Source: Eledone cirrhosa (taxonomy: Eukaryota). From it: a stretch of DNA of 64,000 nucleotides. The stretch covers positions 394,444,001 to 394,508,000 of the forward strand of contig OZ024740.1 of NCBI GenBank assembly GCA_964016885.1. The letters are read 5' to 3'. Within the stretch, counting starts at the first letter, position 1. Each line of letters opens with the position of its first letter. A program made the translations under genes and the position numbers. Positions 51,164 through 63,954 of the stretch are shown in pieces. The notes beneath the pieces were generated by a model. That model made no database searches and had not been told where the DNA came from. It was given only the letters and a program-made list of their open reading frames with translations.

Positions 51164-51998
51164 CATGTGTGTGTGTTACCAGACGTGACAAAACCCAAGT
51201 CTCATGAACGACAGGCGAATCTCCAGAAAAACAAGAGTATTAAAGTATAGTTTAAACGTAGATACATACATACGATGATACCCATACATACACACTCACA
51301 CACTTATATATATATTATATATTTTAAATAAGCAGACACATATGCACATAAAATATTCTTTCATATACGATATATATATATATGTGTGTATGTGTGTGTG
51401 TGTGTGTGTGTATGTGTGTGTGTGTGTGTTTGAGAGAGAGAGTTTGTGTGAATATGGGTGTGAACGTATGTATGTATCTACATGTATCTACTTTTATACC
51501 ATACTTTCATTCTCTTTCTCATTTTTTCTCTCTCATTCCCTTTTTTTGCTGTAATATTCACAGTTTACATCTCACACTCTCCTTACCCTCTTATCTTTAC
51601 ACACTGCACCTCTCTCAATCACTACCTTTCTTCTTTCTCTCTAACCTTATCTCCCGTTGATGAGTTATATTACGATGACGCGTAGGAATATCTCTAGCAA
51701 CAAAATACAGCATGGACAGAACACATAGATATTCCATGCTACACTTGGCTGTAAAATCACAGATTCATAAGGAAAATCAATGTGATATAGCATATTCGAT
51801 GTCGAAATCAACATTATTTTCAGATTTATGCTCCAATTGACCTATATTTTTTGTGAAATAGAGTTTAGTTAACTTACGTTAATATGACTACATATACATG
51901 AATATGTGGATATAACAGATATTCATACACATATGCACACATGCATACATACATACGTGCGTACGTACATACATCACTACATATACCCTTGCACACAC

Positions 51999-52029
<31 letters not shown>

Positions 52030-52032
52030 CAC

Positions 52033-52104
<72 letters not shown>

Positions 52105-52136
52105 ATGTGTGTGTGTATGAATATGCAATATCTATG

Positions 52137-52190
<54 letters not shown>

Positions 52191-52425
52191 AAAGAAAATA
52201 TACAAATCGATAACTATGCATAGACAAATAATTGCACGCAAACACACGCCCGCACATACACACACACTTACACACATATGTGTTTGGATGTGTGTGTATG
52301 GGTGTGTATATATATTCAAATATTTTCTATGTAAAATAAAATCTATGGTGTACTTATGTGTATTGAGTGCTCTGTCAATTAATATTTTAGTTTTTATGCC
52401 TGGTTGTGCATAAAACCTATCCAAT

Positions 52426-52464
<39 letters not shown>

Positions 52465-52484
52465 AATAAATAACAAAGAACGCT

Positions 52485-52549
<65 letters not shown>

Positions 52550-52551
<2 letters not shown>

Positions 52552-52754
52552 AAATGTAATCAGAGTTTTTCGAATATTGATGATAATATTCGATTCGTTT
52601 GCAATTATGCAGACAGCCTCTTTAAACCCATGTCAGTAGAATGAGCCCGCCATTCTTGCTCTTGTGTTGGCATGAAAACAGAACTCTTTACATGCATAAT
52701 TGCAAACGAATTGAATATTATTTTTAATATTCGAAAAACTCAGATTACATTTAT
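52550..52754. mobile_element. MITE-like foldback element, 62-bp terminal inverted repeats
   Basis: 52550-52611 vs reverse complement of 52693-52754, about 5 mismatches, with an 81-bp non-coding spacer. Confidence 0.7.
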
Positions 52755-52795
52755 TGTATTCAGCCATGTAGAGCGATAAAACTATTTGTTTGTTT

Positions 52796-52899
<104 letters not shown>

Positions 52900-53101
52900 C
52901 GTGCGTGTGTGTATGTGTGTGTGTGTACATGTTGGATGCCGATGTAAATCACTATTAAAAAAGCATTCAATACGTTAATAGATTGTAGGTATATTCATTG
53001 TTTTTTTAAGAAATGGCTTCTATGGGACTAAAACTCTTTCCATTCGTAAGAAATCTACAAATGAATCAATTATCCTCCTATCTATCTAACTGTCTATCTC
53101 C

Positions 53102-53195
<94 letters not shown>

Positions 53196-53374
53196 TAGCA
53201 GCATATGCCGCGTTGAATCCAGCTAGCTCATAAATACTTCCGGTCCCACTCTAACCATGCACTAGTTGAAGATGAAGTCAATGAAACGCTGGCGTCTGGC
53301 GTTCTCACGTGGTTACTCAGATAGCTATGACATGATCAATTAGAGAATTCCTTTTTGTCATAAGGCTACATCTT

Positions 53375-53610
53375 TCGAGTCGATAACGTTGCCATGCCGT
53401 GACCACTGGTAATAGTAGCTAAATCATGCCCAAATCCAATCCTACTAGCTGACAAAACGAAAGAAGAAAAGCACATCAGATAATGAAGCCTTGGTTACAC
53501 TGAGTCTGAAAGAACGAAACATAGAAAATATAGAATTGTCATGGCTAGAATAAATTTGATAATATGTATATTCGATAAAGACTGACCTTCGGCTAAACAA
53601 TAACAACAAA
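53375..53610 (+). mobile_element. Degenerate interspersed repeat (SINE/LINE 3' part ending GGCTAAACAA(C/T)AAC); related copy at about 55778-55950
   Basis: Both loci share GCAGCCAAATC/GTAGCTAAATC, GCACAT(C/T)AGATA, GTCATG and a CAA-type tail. Family recognised from recall only. Confidence 0.45.
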
Positions 53611-54214
53611 ACTACTTGCAAGTAAATACTTGATTCAATGAGAATCTATTATGTTTCTGCTGTGATTGGTCGAGACAGGACCATCATTAATGTATAAATT
53701 TGCCTCTTGACGTATTGTTTTGGCTGTAACTGATACGTTTCATTTAGTTGTACAACTTTTGTTCTAATAACAAGCACTTTGACCCCTGGTGCGCGAGATT
53801 ATTTGAGGAGCTTCAATCAACCAGAGGAAACAGACGCACAAAAATAAAATAAAACATGTATGTCAATATTAATTTATGTGTCCCTTGACTTCAAACTAGA
53901 TATTTTTTTAGATTTATTTTTTCTGATATATTTAAAATTGCCAATTGCAGTATTGGTTGTTGATTTTTTCCCTGTCTTTTCATTGATTTATTATTTGTAA
54001 TAATTAAACCTGCTCATACAATTGTTCAACAGTTACGTGTCAAATGGATATTATTCGTGATTTCATAACTGACTTTTGCTCCTGCAACATAACTTCTTTC
54101 TACGTTTTATGCTTCAGTGTAATTGCAATTATCAGTTGCCTTAACTTGCACATTGCAGAGAGATATATTATAATATTATTTTCACATTGTGTATATGTGT
54201 GTGTGCACGCGCGC

Positions 54215-54367
<153 letters not shown>

Positions 54368-54449
54368 TGTGTGTTTCGAAAGCGGTTTATGACAGTATCG
54401 GAATGTTAGCTAAAGAAATGGTTGTTGTGTTTTAAATACATACGTTTAC

Positions 54450-54525
54450 GAGCTGAGTTCGATTCTGGCATATATCTACGTTGTGTATTCTTATTCAGGG
54501 ATCGATAAAATATGTAGCAATCAAG
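54450..54525 (+). mobile_element. Degenerate tRNA-SINE fragment
   Basis: CTGAGTTCGATTCTGGC..CAGGGATCGATAAAATATGTAGCA. Confidence 0.55.
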
Positions 54526-54754
54526 AAAAAGAAAAGGTTCGATTTAGTTGATCGCTTTTTACTTCGGTATTAGATGACTTCTTAATATATATTATTCCTA
54601 TCTTAGGGTTAAACTTTCGTTTGATTTACTCTTGTTTAAAGAAATGAATAAAGAAGGCGTTAGCTTCCATGAATATATTATCTAAAGAATGTCTCGAACC
54701 TAGAGACTCATTAAACCGGAGTTTAATTATCTACCTATTTCTGTGGTTGATAAA

Positions 54755-55106
54755 AAAAGTAAAAGGTGCAAAGATCCCACCCTCCTCGGCCACGAATGTC
54801 CACGGGATTTGGAAGTAGAAAGTTCCCTCTTCACGGCACAAGTCTGAGCAAGGTTGTTTGTAGAAATCCAGCAGTCTTCCATGCATACCGATCTCCATCA
54901 TCACGCCACCAATGTTGCCCAAGGAAAAGACAATGGCCGATGCAACTTGGCACCAGTGACGTCGAAACTCATTTCTACAGTTGAATGAACTAGATCAACG
55001 TAAATTAAACTGTCTGCTCAAGGACACAACACATCACCCGGTCCGGCATTCGAACTCCCAACCTCACGAGTGTAAACCCAACGCTCTAATAACTGAGCAA
55101 TGCGCC
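54755..55106 (-). mobile_element. Full-length tRNA-derived SINE of a second family (CORE/V-type central domain; resembles octopus OR-type SINEs)
   Basis: Minus strand GGCGCATTGCTCAGTTATTAGAGCG (A-box-like), GAGTTCGAATGCC (B-box), then TTGTGTCCTTGAGCAGACAGTTTA (CORE-like), and a 3' body ending in a T-rich tail. Confidence 0.8.
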
Positions 55107-55214
55107 GTCAAGTACTAATCAAGTCTTCCCTCCATTATATGTGTGGTATTATGTCTAGAATGGAAAATTCTAAAGCTTGACAGAATATATACTCTACTGC
55201 GATTAGTTACATTC

Positions 55215-55348
55215 CTTTACGTTCTGAGTTCCAGTCCATTAAATGTTGGCTTTGTGTTCTACCACTCAGTACTCAATAAAATAAGTACCGATTAGGAACT
55301 AGGTTTCATATAACTGAATAGATTATTCCTCCAAATTGGTGACCTTGG
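55215..55348 (+). mobile_element. Degenerate tRNA-SINE
   Basis: TTTACGTTCTGAGTTCCAGT..GGCTTTG..AATAAAATAAGTACCG. Confidence 0.6.
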
Positions 55349-55634
55349 TAGCGTCTTAGACGTTAGCTGGTCTCCAGCTCTTTACTTTTTCAATTCAACC
55401 TCTGCTCAGTTGCCGATATTTAGGACTCAGTATCTGATCATGAGAGTGTCCCGCATAATCGTATTTTGGCCACAGTTAACTGGTAGACATACACACTGGA
55501 ACTATAAACTGTCAACAGCATACTGATGTAGCAGTGGATTGATACTTGAATAGAATGTTGTGTTTGAAAGGTCTTGGATAGTATTATCGGTAAAACAGCA
55601 CTAAATATATCCTGCTATATTGGATAACATAGAT

Positions 55635-55715
55635 TTTGTTCTGAGTTCAAATTGAGACATGGCCAACTCTACCGTTATCTCCTGCGAGGGATATAAAATC
55701 AGTACCAGTTGAGTA
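55635..55715 (+). mobile_element. Degenerate tRNA-SINE fragment
   Basis: GTTCTGAGTTCAAATT..ATAAAATCAGTACCAGTTGAGTA. Confidence 0.55.
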
Positions 55716-56010
55716 AGTTATGAGGCCAATAATGAGACTATAATCTCTCCCGAACCACGTATTCGTAAAACCTGCTAGAATTTGCAGCCAAATCTCTCTC
55801 TTTGTTTAAGATCACAAAGACAGAAACAAGGCAGGGCACATTAGATAGAAATAATATTAATCTAGATATACTATAGTTGGAAAAATATTGGATGGTCATG
55901 TTTGAAAAAACACTGATCACATATTTGTCCAATCAAGGCTACATAACAACACTATTGACAACAACTGTGCAGTATTTTACGCATTTACAAATCATAATTT
56001 TGGGTTTCAA

Positions 56011-56165
56011 AAGCGGTGAAACCGAAGGAACTGTAGAGCGCCGAGGAAATTCCTTATGGTAATTAATTATGAGTTGAAATTAAGCCGTTGTCAACTTTGC
56101 CTTTCATCTCTCTTGGATCGATAAAATAAGTAGAAGTAATATACTCGAATCGATACAATTGGCCA
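56011..56165 (+). mobile_element. Degenerate tRNA-SINE
   Basis: TGAGTTGAAATTAAGCCGTTGTCAACTTTGCCTTTCATCTCTCTTGGATCGATAAAATAAGTA. Confidence 0.7.
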
Positions 56166-56320
56166 TATATTTCTATAAATTTGTGATTATGACGAACTGT
56201 AATAAATCATTATTTTATGTAAAAAGTGGATCTTTGTCGGTTTTGACGATGACTATTTACCAGTTCGTTCCACTGAAATACTTATTGATTGACATGGCGT
56301 ATACCATAATCTATTGCTAT

Positions 56321-56398
<78 letters not shown>

Positions 56399-57008
56399 TA
56401 CATACTGATTAGCACCTTTCTCACTGAATATTTCATAGACACATTTTCCCTTAACATTATCCTAGCTATGAATGTATCAGTGTATCAAAGCTGTAATTAC
56501 ATGTATCCAACGTGCTTCTACAAAGTTACCGCAACTCACATACACCCAAAACGAAAGGGCTGCTTTAATTAAGTATATGGGAAAATACACTCGCCGTAGA
56601 TGTCACGCAGTGGGATCAAACCTCTGTCGTTGTGAGAGCAACACAATCTTCATGCAGCGTCCACTACGAATTTTATGTATTTTTATGAGGAATACTCTAC
56701 TGAAAGATTGTGCCATGGAAAAGTAGAGTTTGTAAAATTGTTTCTCTTCAAATTGTAGCCGTTTCACAACATTGAAATAGCTAAAAATCTGAAAACATTG
56801 AAAAATCATGGACTTAAATAATAACACATTTCTCTTTCTTTAACTAATCAATATACATTATCTACATTGAAAAATCCAATTTTATGAATCTCCTGTTACT
56901 AATCCCATAATCTATGATTCTCATAGTTTCAGAAGATCCCGTTAAGGGTGAAAGCAGCGATTATTTGCTTAAACTTTAATCTGTTATTTTAATAAATAAA
57001 TAAATAAG

Positions 57009-57081
<73 letters not shown>

Positions 57082-57164
57082 TTCTGTGATGCTGAGACTG
57101 GAGAGACCACAAATCATGGGAGTACTCAATGCATGGGAAGATGCAGAATGGGCATAGAGAGAGG

Positions 57165-57235
57165 AATAAACTCGACCACAACACCAAATGGTTTCGGGTT
57201 GTGTGGAAACCATTGGAGTCGTGGCCGAGTTCATT
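57165..57235 (-). other. Imperfect hairpin with about 30-bp arms and a 10-nt loop
   Basis: Minus strand AATGAACTCGGCCACGACTCCAATGGTTTC-CACACAACCC-GAAACCATTTGGTGTTGTGGTCGAGTTTATT: three G.U pairs, one mismatch, one bulge. Confidence 0.75.
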
Positions 57236-59611
57236 ATTCACTCTCTGTCTCTCTCTGTCTCTCTCACTCTCTTTCTATCTCCCTTTCTCTTTCTCTCTCT
57301 CAAGACATAGTTAGATGTACACACACATGCTTATTTGTTCGGAGCCGGTGGATTGTTATTAATTGCAGAGTCATTATTTTTCCTTTTCCTACAAACATGA
57401 AACTAATACGACATTATGTAACTATTTTCCATGTTTGTCCTGTTTAATCCTTATAAATCTTCAACATAGATACTTAACTTTTTCTGTCACTATCTTCTTC
57501 AACCATAATACAAATATTTAAAAATGAAGCCCGCAAAAACTGATGGTTTACGCCGGGAAAATATATAAAGGGAAATTCATGAGTTTGGTTAAATCCATTT
57601 GCTGTGAGGAGAAATGTAATCTGACTATTCAGAGATGACTTTCCATTAGAGAGAAAATAAATTGTCAGCATAGTGCATATATAAGAGTTAACGTACTAAT
57701 CAGACTCACCCCGAAAAGGATGCTCCAAATCTATTTTTAATAGACTTGAAGTTCAGAGTTATATCCCCTTTCATTTGACAAAAATTATGGTTTGTATTTT
57801 CTTCACATTTGTAATTTTATTTGAATGAAAATTTATTGAGTCATACTATATTAAATATATTATATTCAAACTGAAGACATTGTTTTCATACAGAATGTAT
57901 TCCTTCGACGTTATATAGTGGCAATGGTGTCATTCGTTTGTCATGCTGCATAATGGAACAGCAGATGTAAAGACTTGCTTTAGTTTGTATTAGGACAGCA
58001 CCGTATATTATGGTAATGATTGTAGAATTTTGGGTTGCGGTATGTTTGTAAGGCGAAACACGAGTGTCCTATTCAAAAGAGAAAAAGATTGGGTAAGGTT
58101 GTATGAAAAACTTGCAGTAACCTATACATAAATCTCTCCTCTCTGCGTAACCTATGTAGTCTAGCAAAAATGCAAGTATCAATATAGGTTGGCACAAGTA
58201 TCACACAAATAATTGCCACCACGTTGCTGAAGATAACATCAGAACTATTTCAATTACATCTAGTCCAAAATTGTTTTCGGGGTTTATTCTCGAAATACTT
58301 TTCCCATGAGTGAAGTATAGCTGCAAGTCACTCGAGTTTCAAAATCCGACATTTTCATCTCTTAGATGGATTGCTCCTGAATCTGTCGTTTCGCACACAC
58401 TCCCAAATACATACGCTCACTACATGTCTGTGTGTATGTAAATATGTAAATACATGTGCGTGAGTGTATGCTTCTATATAGATATTGTCCGTTTATATAG
58501 AAGAATTGTGTAAGTGAGAGAGAGAATAAGAGAAATGGTTCTGTATAAACCAGTAGGAGGAGTAATCATCTCACAGTAGGCTTGAATTTGTTACGCTGAA
58601 TTTTAAGAGGTTGTATAAAGCCTTTACGCATTTCTGTAAATTTTGCCATGTCTTTGATGATTTCACGCAATGTCCGTTTTATGAATCTTATGTAAATAAA
58701 TGAACCAATGAGAAATGTGCAGAAGAGCTTACATGTAATGTTGTAGTTATCAATAGTTAATCATCATAAAAACTCACATACTTTGCGTTTTATAACAACA
58801 TATTGCATACACACACAGGCAGAAAGACAAACATGCAGACGCACACATACACTCGTATACGCATATACACACAAACACTCACGCATACATACATCATACA
58901 CATGTATATATATATATCTGTATACATACATACGTGACACACATGCATATACATATTTGTATACATACATACATAAATGCATGCATACATGCACACATAT
59001 ATATAGGGGTGTATTTAATAACAAGCAAACCAATTAAATTAGCCGAGGCTGATTGCCCAACTAGATAACTCATATTGGATTCCTTTATCAAATGTCACCA
59101 TTTCAATAACTGCCTGTTGACGGACAGGGAAATTATATTGCTACCTGCTTGAATTAATCAAAACTTAACTATTAACTAAGAGCAATCTATCTCTATTCCT
59201 ATTCTTAATTTTTACCCACACTCATATCATATAATATTTTCCATTTGTATCACTGTCAATAACATACCATACTATTTAATAATAACACATGCATTGATAT
59301 CTTCATAATTGTATAATACTCATTCCCGATAACAATTTAATTTAAATCCCACCAACCTTAGTCAAAGTTTTTATCTCCTTACACATTTTATTTTTAACAA
59401 TATTGAAAGAAATAACCCAACCTAGCAATATAGGTAATCTGTTATGCTTCTTATTATTTTTTCCACACAATATGTAAAAGAACTGTTGTATTGTGAGAAA
59501 GCAGCCCAGGCAGTGACCGGGTCGAATGTTATTTTTCAATTTCCTATTTTCTTTTCCCTATCTTCCATGATAAGTTTGGCTTCAACATAACCCTGTTATG
59601 TAATTCTGTCG

Positions 59612-59690
59612 AAGTTACCTGATGAGATTATCCTGTCTTGCATCATATTTGGATGATCAAACTGGGACATTGAAATATGTATAGTGATTT
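59612..59690 (+). ncRNA. Type I hammerhead ribozyme motif, partly decayed
   Basis: Stem I AAGTTAC/GTGATTT (7 bp including 2 G.U); intact CTGATGA (59619-59625); imperfect long stem II with an inner hairpin; GAAAT-ATGT-ATA (triplet AUA). Confidence 0.5.
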
Positions 59691-60235
59691 TACGGAATCA
59701 AAATTTTAAAGCATATCTTCCAGTCCGGCCTTCTGTTGTCGTTTTATAAATATATACTATATACTTGCGATGCATTTTGTATAAATTTATTGTGAAAAAT
59801 TTAGAGCAAGATTAAAGGTGTGAAGCGTAAACCCGAAATAGCGGGTTGACAACCACTAACAGGCAATGTGATATGCTCCTTATTATTCTTTCAACCCATA
59901 ATTTAATATCAGAAATTCTGTGCATCCCGAAAACTTACTAGGAGTTTTCTTTGTACAGATAAAAATATACTCTCACGACTTAAACGAGATGTAGATGTAA
60001 AAGCCAACTCGCTATATTCAGTTGAGTGTTGGTATGGTTACCTCCATGTTCGTGAAAAATACAAATACAAATACAAGCTGCCGAAATGACCTTCCTCCGA
60101 AATAATGTTACTCAAGAGGGTGCGTAGCACAGATATCACGGTGTCGTTCCAGAGAGATCAGCTACTTTTCCGCATCGATATGTGTATATATACATACAGG
60201 CATGTTTAAGAACTCTATTCCATGACCCTATTAGA

Positions 60236-60289
<54 letters not shown>
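60236..60289. repeat. (AAT)18 microsatellite, 5' target of the Dong-like element
   Basis: Pure AAT run ending immediately before the element start GTGTGTTCG. Confidence 0.97.
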
Positions 60290-60290
<1 letters not shown>

Positions 60291-63200
60291 TGTGTTCGTA
60301 TACAGCGTGGTGATAATGCCACACAAGGGCCAAGTGGGATGGCGGATCCACAGATGGCTATGTAAACATACATTCGCCAATCCTCGATAAGAGTGTTTAA
60401 ATATCGAACATAAACAGTTCGAATAACGGTGAAATGGAGACTAGAACGTCATGTGACAGACTCTCACCCAACAGGTGCCCCCTGGCTCAGCAGCAGGAAC
60501 CTGACTGTCAACCAAATACTGCTGATGTTGGAGGAAGGAGAAGAAGGAAAGGGGCCAGAACCAACTGGACGAAAGAATTGAATAGAACTGTTATGCAATG
60601 CTACCTGAAAAGTAACCCCAAGGAGAGGGGCTACAGGAGACGGATGCATAACATCTGGAACGAGATTGGTTTATTTAAATTAGATGAACAAAAATTGGCC
60701 GGGCAGGCTCGGGTAATAAGAACTAATGGGTGGATAAGCGAGCTGGAACTGGAGGAACTGAGCAGAGAGAATGGCTTGGAGATGGCGGGTGTAGTATGCC
60801 AGACAAGCGAGCCGGTGGGAAATGAAGGTGAGGAGGTCCTGAGAACGGAGGAACCACCCGAAGCAGACAATGATCTGAGTACTGAGATAAATAATACGTG
60901 GAACAGAGATACGGCCACTGAGGAGATGAATGCTGACGGGCTAGGACAAGATTCGGTTGACATCCTAAATTTAGTGGTAGATGAATTGAACAATGATAGT
61001 GGGAGACCTATGAACCTAAGATTTGTAGACAGGAAAAAGTTAAAAGAAACAACAGCTAAGGTAAACAAAGTCATCCCATACCTTGAGGCGAGGAGCCTTC
61101 ACCAGTGCAACAATATCCTCAGAGCAACAGCAAATACGGTGAGGAAACTACTTGGTATAAAAGCGAGAGGAAACAACAGACAAGAAAGAGCAGAGCCGTG
61201 GTGGAAGAAGCGACTGAGTGGGCAAATCGGGGAAATGAGAAATGACATAGGAAAGCTTGAGTCACTACTGAATGGGACACTAAAAAACATAGGCACTAAA
61301 AATAGACTGGAAATAAAATACAAAACTAGGAGTAAAAAGCTAAATATTATCATAGAGGAATTGAAGCAACGCATTGTAGCAAAGAGTGCAAAAATCAGGC
61401 GATACGAGAACAGAGTCAGTCAGTATAAACAGAACCGCATGTTCGACAACAACCAGAAGATGCTGTTTGGACAGCTTGAGGGCAAAGAAAGAGGCAACGA
61501 CTTGATCCCTGGGGCGGAGCAAACTAAAACATTCTGGAGAGGAATATGGGAGCAGGATGTTAGACACAATGCCCAGGCAGGGTGGATTGAGACAGTACAG
61601 AGGGAGATCGGTGAGCAGGCACAGCAACAGACTGATTTGAGTATCACAGTTGAAACTCTTAAGGGACAAGCCAAAAAACTAACCAACTGGAAATCGCCAG
61701 GCCCAGATGGTGTGCAGGGGTATTGGATTAAACATCTAACATCCCTCCACCCGAAGCTGACGGCCATGTTCAATGACTGCTTGGTGTCGGGTGAGGTGCC
61801 AGAGTGGTTGACAAAAGGTACCACAGTTCTGATAATGAAAGACCGAATCAAGGGTAATGATGCTACCAACTATAGACCTATCACATGTCTGCCCGTAATG
61901 TGGAAACTGTTGACGAGCATTGTGTCTGAGGAAATCTACCATCACCTCCACACAAACAACTTGTTACCGGACGAACAGAAAGGATGCCGAAAGAAGTCAC
62001 GTGGTACAAAGGACCAGTTGCTTATTGATAAGATGGTAATGGGGAATTGCAGGAGGAGACACACTGATCTTGCCATGGGATGGATAGACTACAGAAAGGC
62101 ATTTGACATGGTGCCTCATTCCTGGATCACCAAAAGCCTGGAGATCTTCAGGGTGGCGGATAACATCAGACAGTTGCTAGGCAGGAGTATGGGGTCCTGG
62201 GAGACAGAGTTGACATCAACTGGAGTATCCTTGGGAAGCGTGAAGATCAAGAGAGGTATCTTCCAGGAAGATAGCCTGTCCCCTCTGTTGTTTGTCCTTG
62301 CCCTGATGCCCTTGACCATTATGCTGCGAAAAGTGAGAGCAGGATACAAGTTGGGAAGGGGAGAGCTTACCATCAATCACCTCTTCTTCATGGACGATCT
62401 TAAGCTCTTCGGGAAAAGTGAGAAGGAGTTGGATGTGCTTGTTGACACTGTCCGTATTTTCAGCAGTGATATATGTATGCAGTTTGGTATTGGTAAATGT
62501 GGAGTCATTGTGATGAAGAGGGTAGGTTGAGCAGAAGTAACGGGATCCAGATACCAACAGGTGAGATGATAAAGGAAATTGACTCTGAGGAAGGATACAA
62601 GTATTTGGGCGTTCTGGAGGCTGATGGCATAAAGAACAAAAAAATGAAGGAATTGTTAAGAACTGAATACATTCGGAGAGTAAGGAGCGTATTGAAGTCA
62701 CATCTGAACAGCAGAAATGCCATAAGCGCAGTAAATTCCCGAGCTGTGTCTATTATTAGGTACAGTGCGGGAATTCTGAGATGGAATGTTGCTGAACAGA
62801 AAGAAATGGATAGGAAGACTAGGAAGCTATTGACTATCTACAACATGTTCCACAAGAGGAGTGATGTCGATAGACTCTACCTAAGGAGATCTGAGGGTGG
62901 AAGAGGTCTTATCAGCATAGAGGACTGTGTTCAGATGGAGAAAAACAACCTATACAAATACGTGACCTATAGTAAGGAGCCAATGCTCAGAGCTGTACTG
63001 AAGGAGGGGACAGTAGGCCAGGGGATGTCCAGGGAGGAAATAACATCAAGGAGGAAGAGCAGCCTTAAGGGAAAACCCCTTCATAGTACCTTCTTTGAGA
63101 AAACTGAATTTAGAGATCCACAGACATGGAACTGGTTGAAAAGAGGAGACCTTAAAAAGGCTACAGAAGGAATGTTAATGGCTGCGCAAGAGCAGGCCCT

Positions 63201-63898
63201 CAAAACGAAGTGGTTGAAATACCATATTTACAAGGAGGCTAGCCCACAGTGCAGGATCTGTGGAGAGAGAGAGGAGACTGTGGCTCACATTGTATCCGAA
63301 TGTAAACACCTAGCCCAGACCCACTATAAGGGCTGGAGACATGATGTGATGGGCAGGGTGATCCACTGGCACCTGTGCAAAGTAAACAATTTACCACATT
63401 CTGAGAAATGGTATGAGCATAAGCCAGAGGCGGTGATAGAGAACGATCAGGTGAAGGTGCTGTGGGATTTTAGGATACAGACGGACAAGAAACTGGAACA
63501 CAATAGACCTGACCTGGTGGTTGTGGACAAAGAAAAAAGATCGTGCCTGATTGTGGATGTGGCTTGCCCATTCGACACGAGAGTGCAAGAGAAGGAGAGG
63601 GAGAAAATTAACCGATATCAGGACTTAAAGTGGGAGGTAAAAAGGATTTGGAACTGCCATGAAGTCAAAGTGATCCCGATTGTCATAGGCGCACTGGGGA
63701 CTATCTCCAAAAGTTTCCAGGGATGGTTAAAGAAAATCGGCCCCTTCACGCTTTTTGGAACGCTTCAAAAGGCATGTTTGCTGGGAACAGCAAGAACCCT
63801 CCGATACGTCCTGAATATCTGAGGCTGCAGGTAGTGGCTTGATATTCATTCCAACAAACTTTCCAGTTAACTAACATCAATGACTGAGACTCAAGGAG
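60290..63898 (+). mobile_element. Apparently full-length R4-clade (Dong-like) non-LTR retrotransposon with restriction-like endonuclease, inserted in (TAA)n
   Basis: Single long ORF with RT, CCHC finger and PD-(D/E)xK endonuclease; short UTRs; (TAA)n on both sides. TAA-repeat targeting is the established behaviour of Dong elements. Confidence 0.93.
60434..63822 (+). pseudogene. RT-RLE polyprotein (about 1129 aa if repaired), split by a 1-nt deletion at 62520-62522 into ORFs 60434-62530 and 62497-63822
   Basis: Myb-like N-terminus (WTKELNRTVMQCY). RT motifs KSPGPDG, NYRPITCL, EQKG, WIDYRKAFDMVPH, GIFQEDSLSPLLF, LFFMDDLKL, YKYLG. CCHC finger CRICGEREETVAHIVSEC, then RHD, RPDLVVVD..IVDVACP..EKINRY. 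Adding one G restores MKRGRLSRSNG. Confidence 0.95.
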
Positions 63899-63912
63899 TA
63901 ATAACAATAATA

Positions 63913-63954
<42 letters not shown>
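63899..63954. repeat. (TAA)n microsatellite, 3' flank of the Dong-like element
   Basis: Directly visible, slightly imperfect. Confidence 0.95.

Noticed and set aside
53194-53300. Helitron-like end (ACTAG plus GC-rich stretch) and a hammerhead-like TTGAAGA..GAAACGCTGGCGTC
   Set aside because: The terminal hairpin, stem II and stem I register are too degenerate to support either call.
60464-63588. Antisense ORFs over the retrotransposon
   Set aside because: Shadow frames of the long sense ORF, with no independent motifs.
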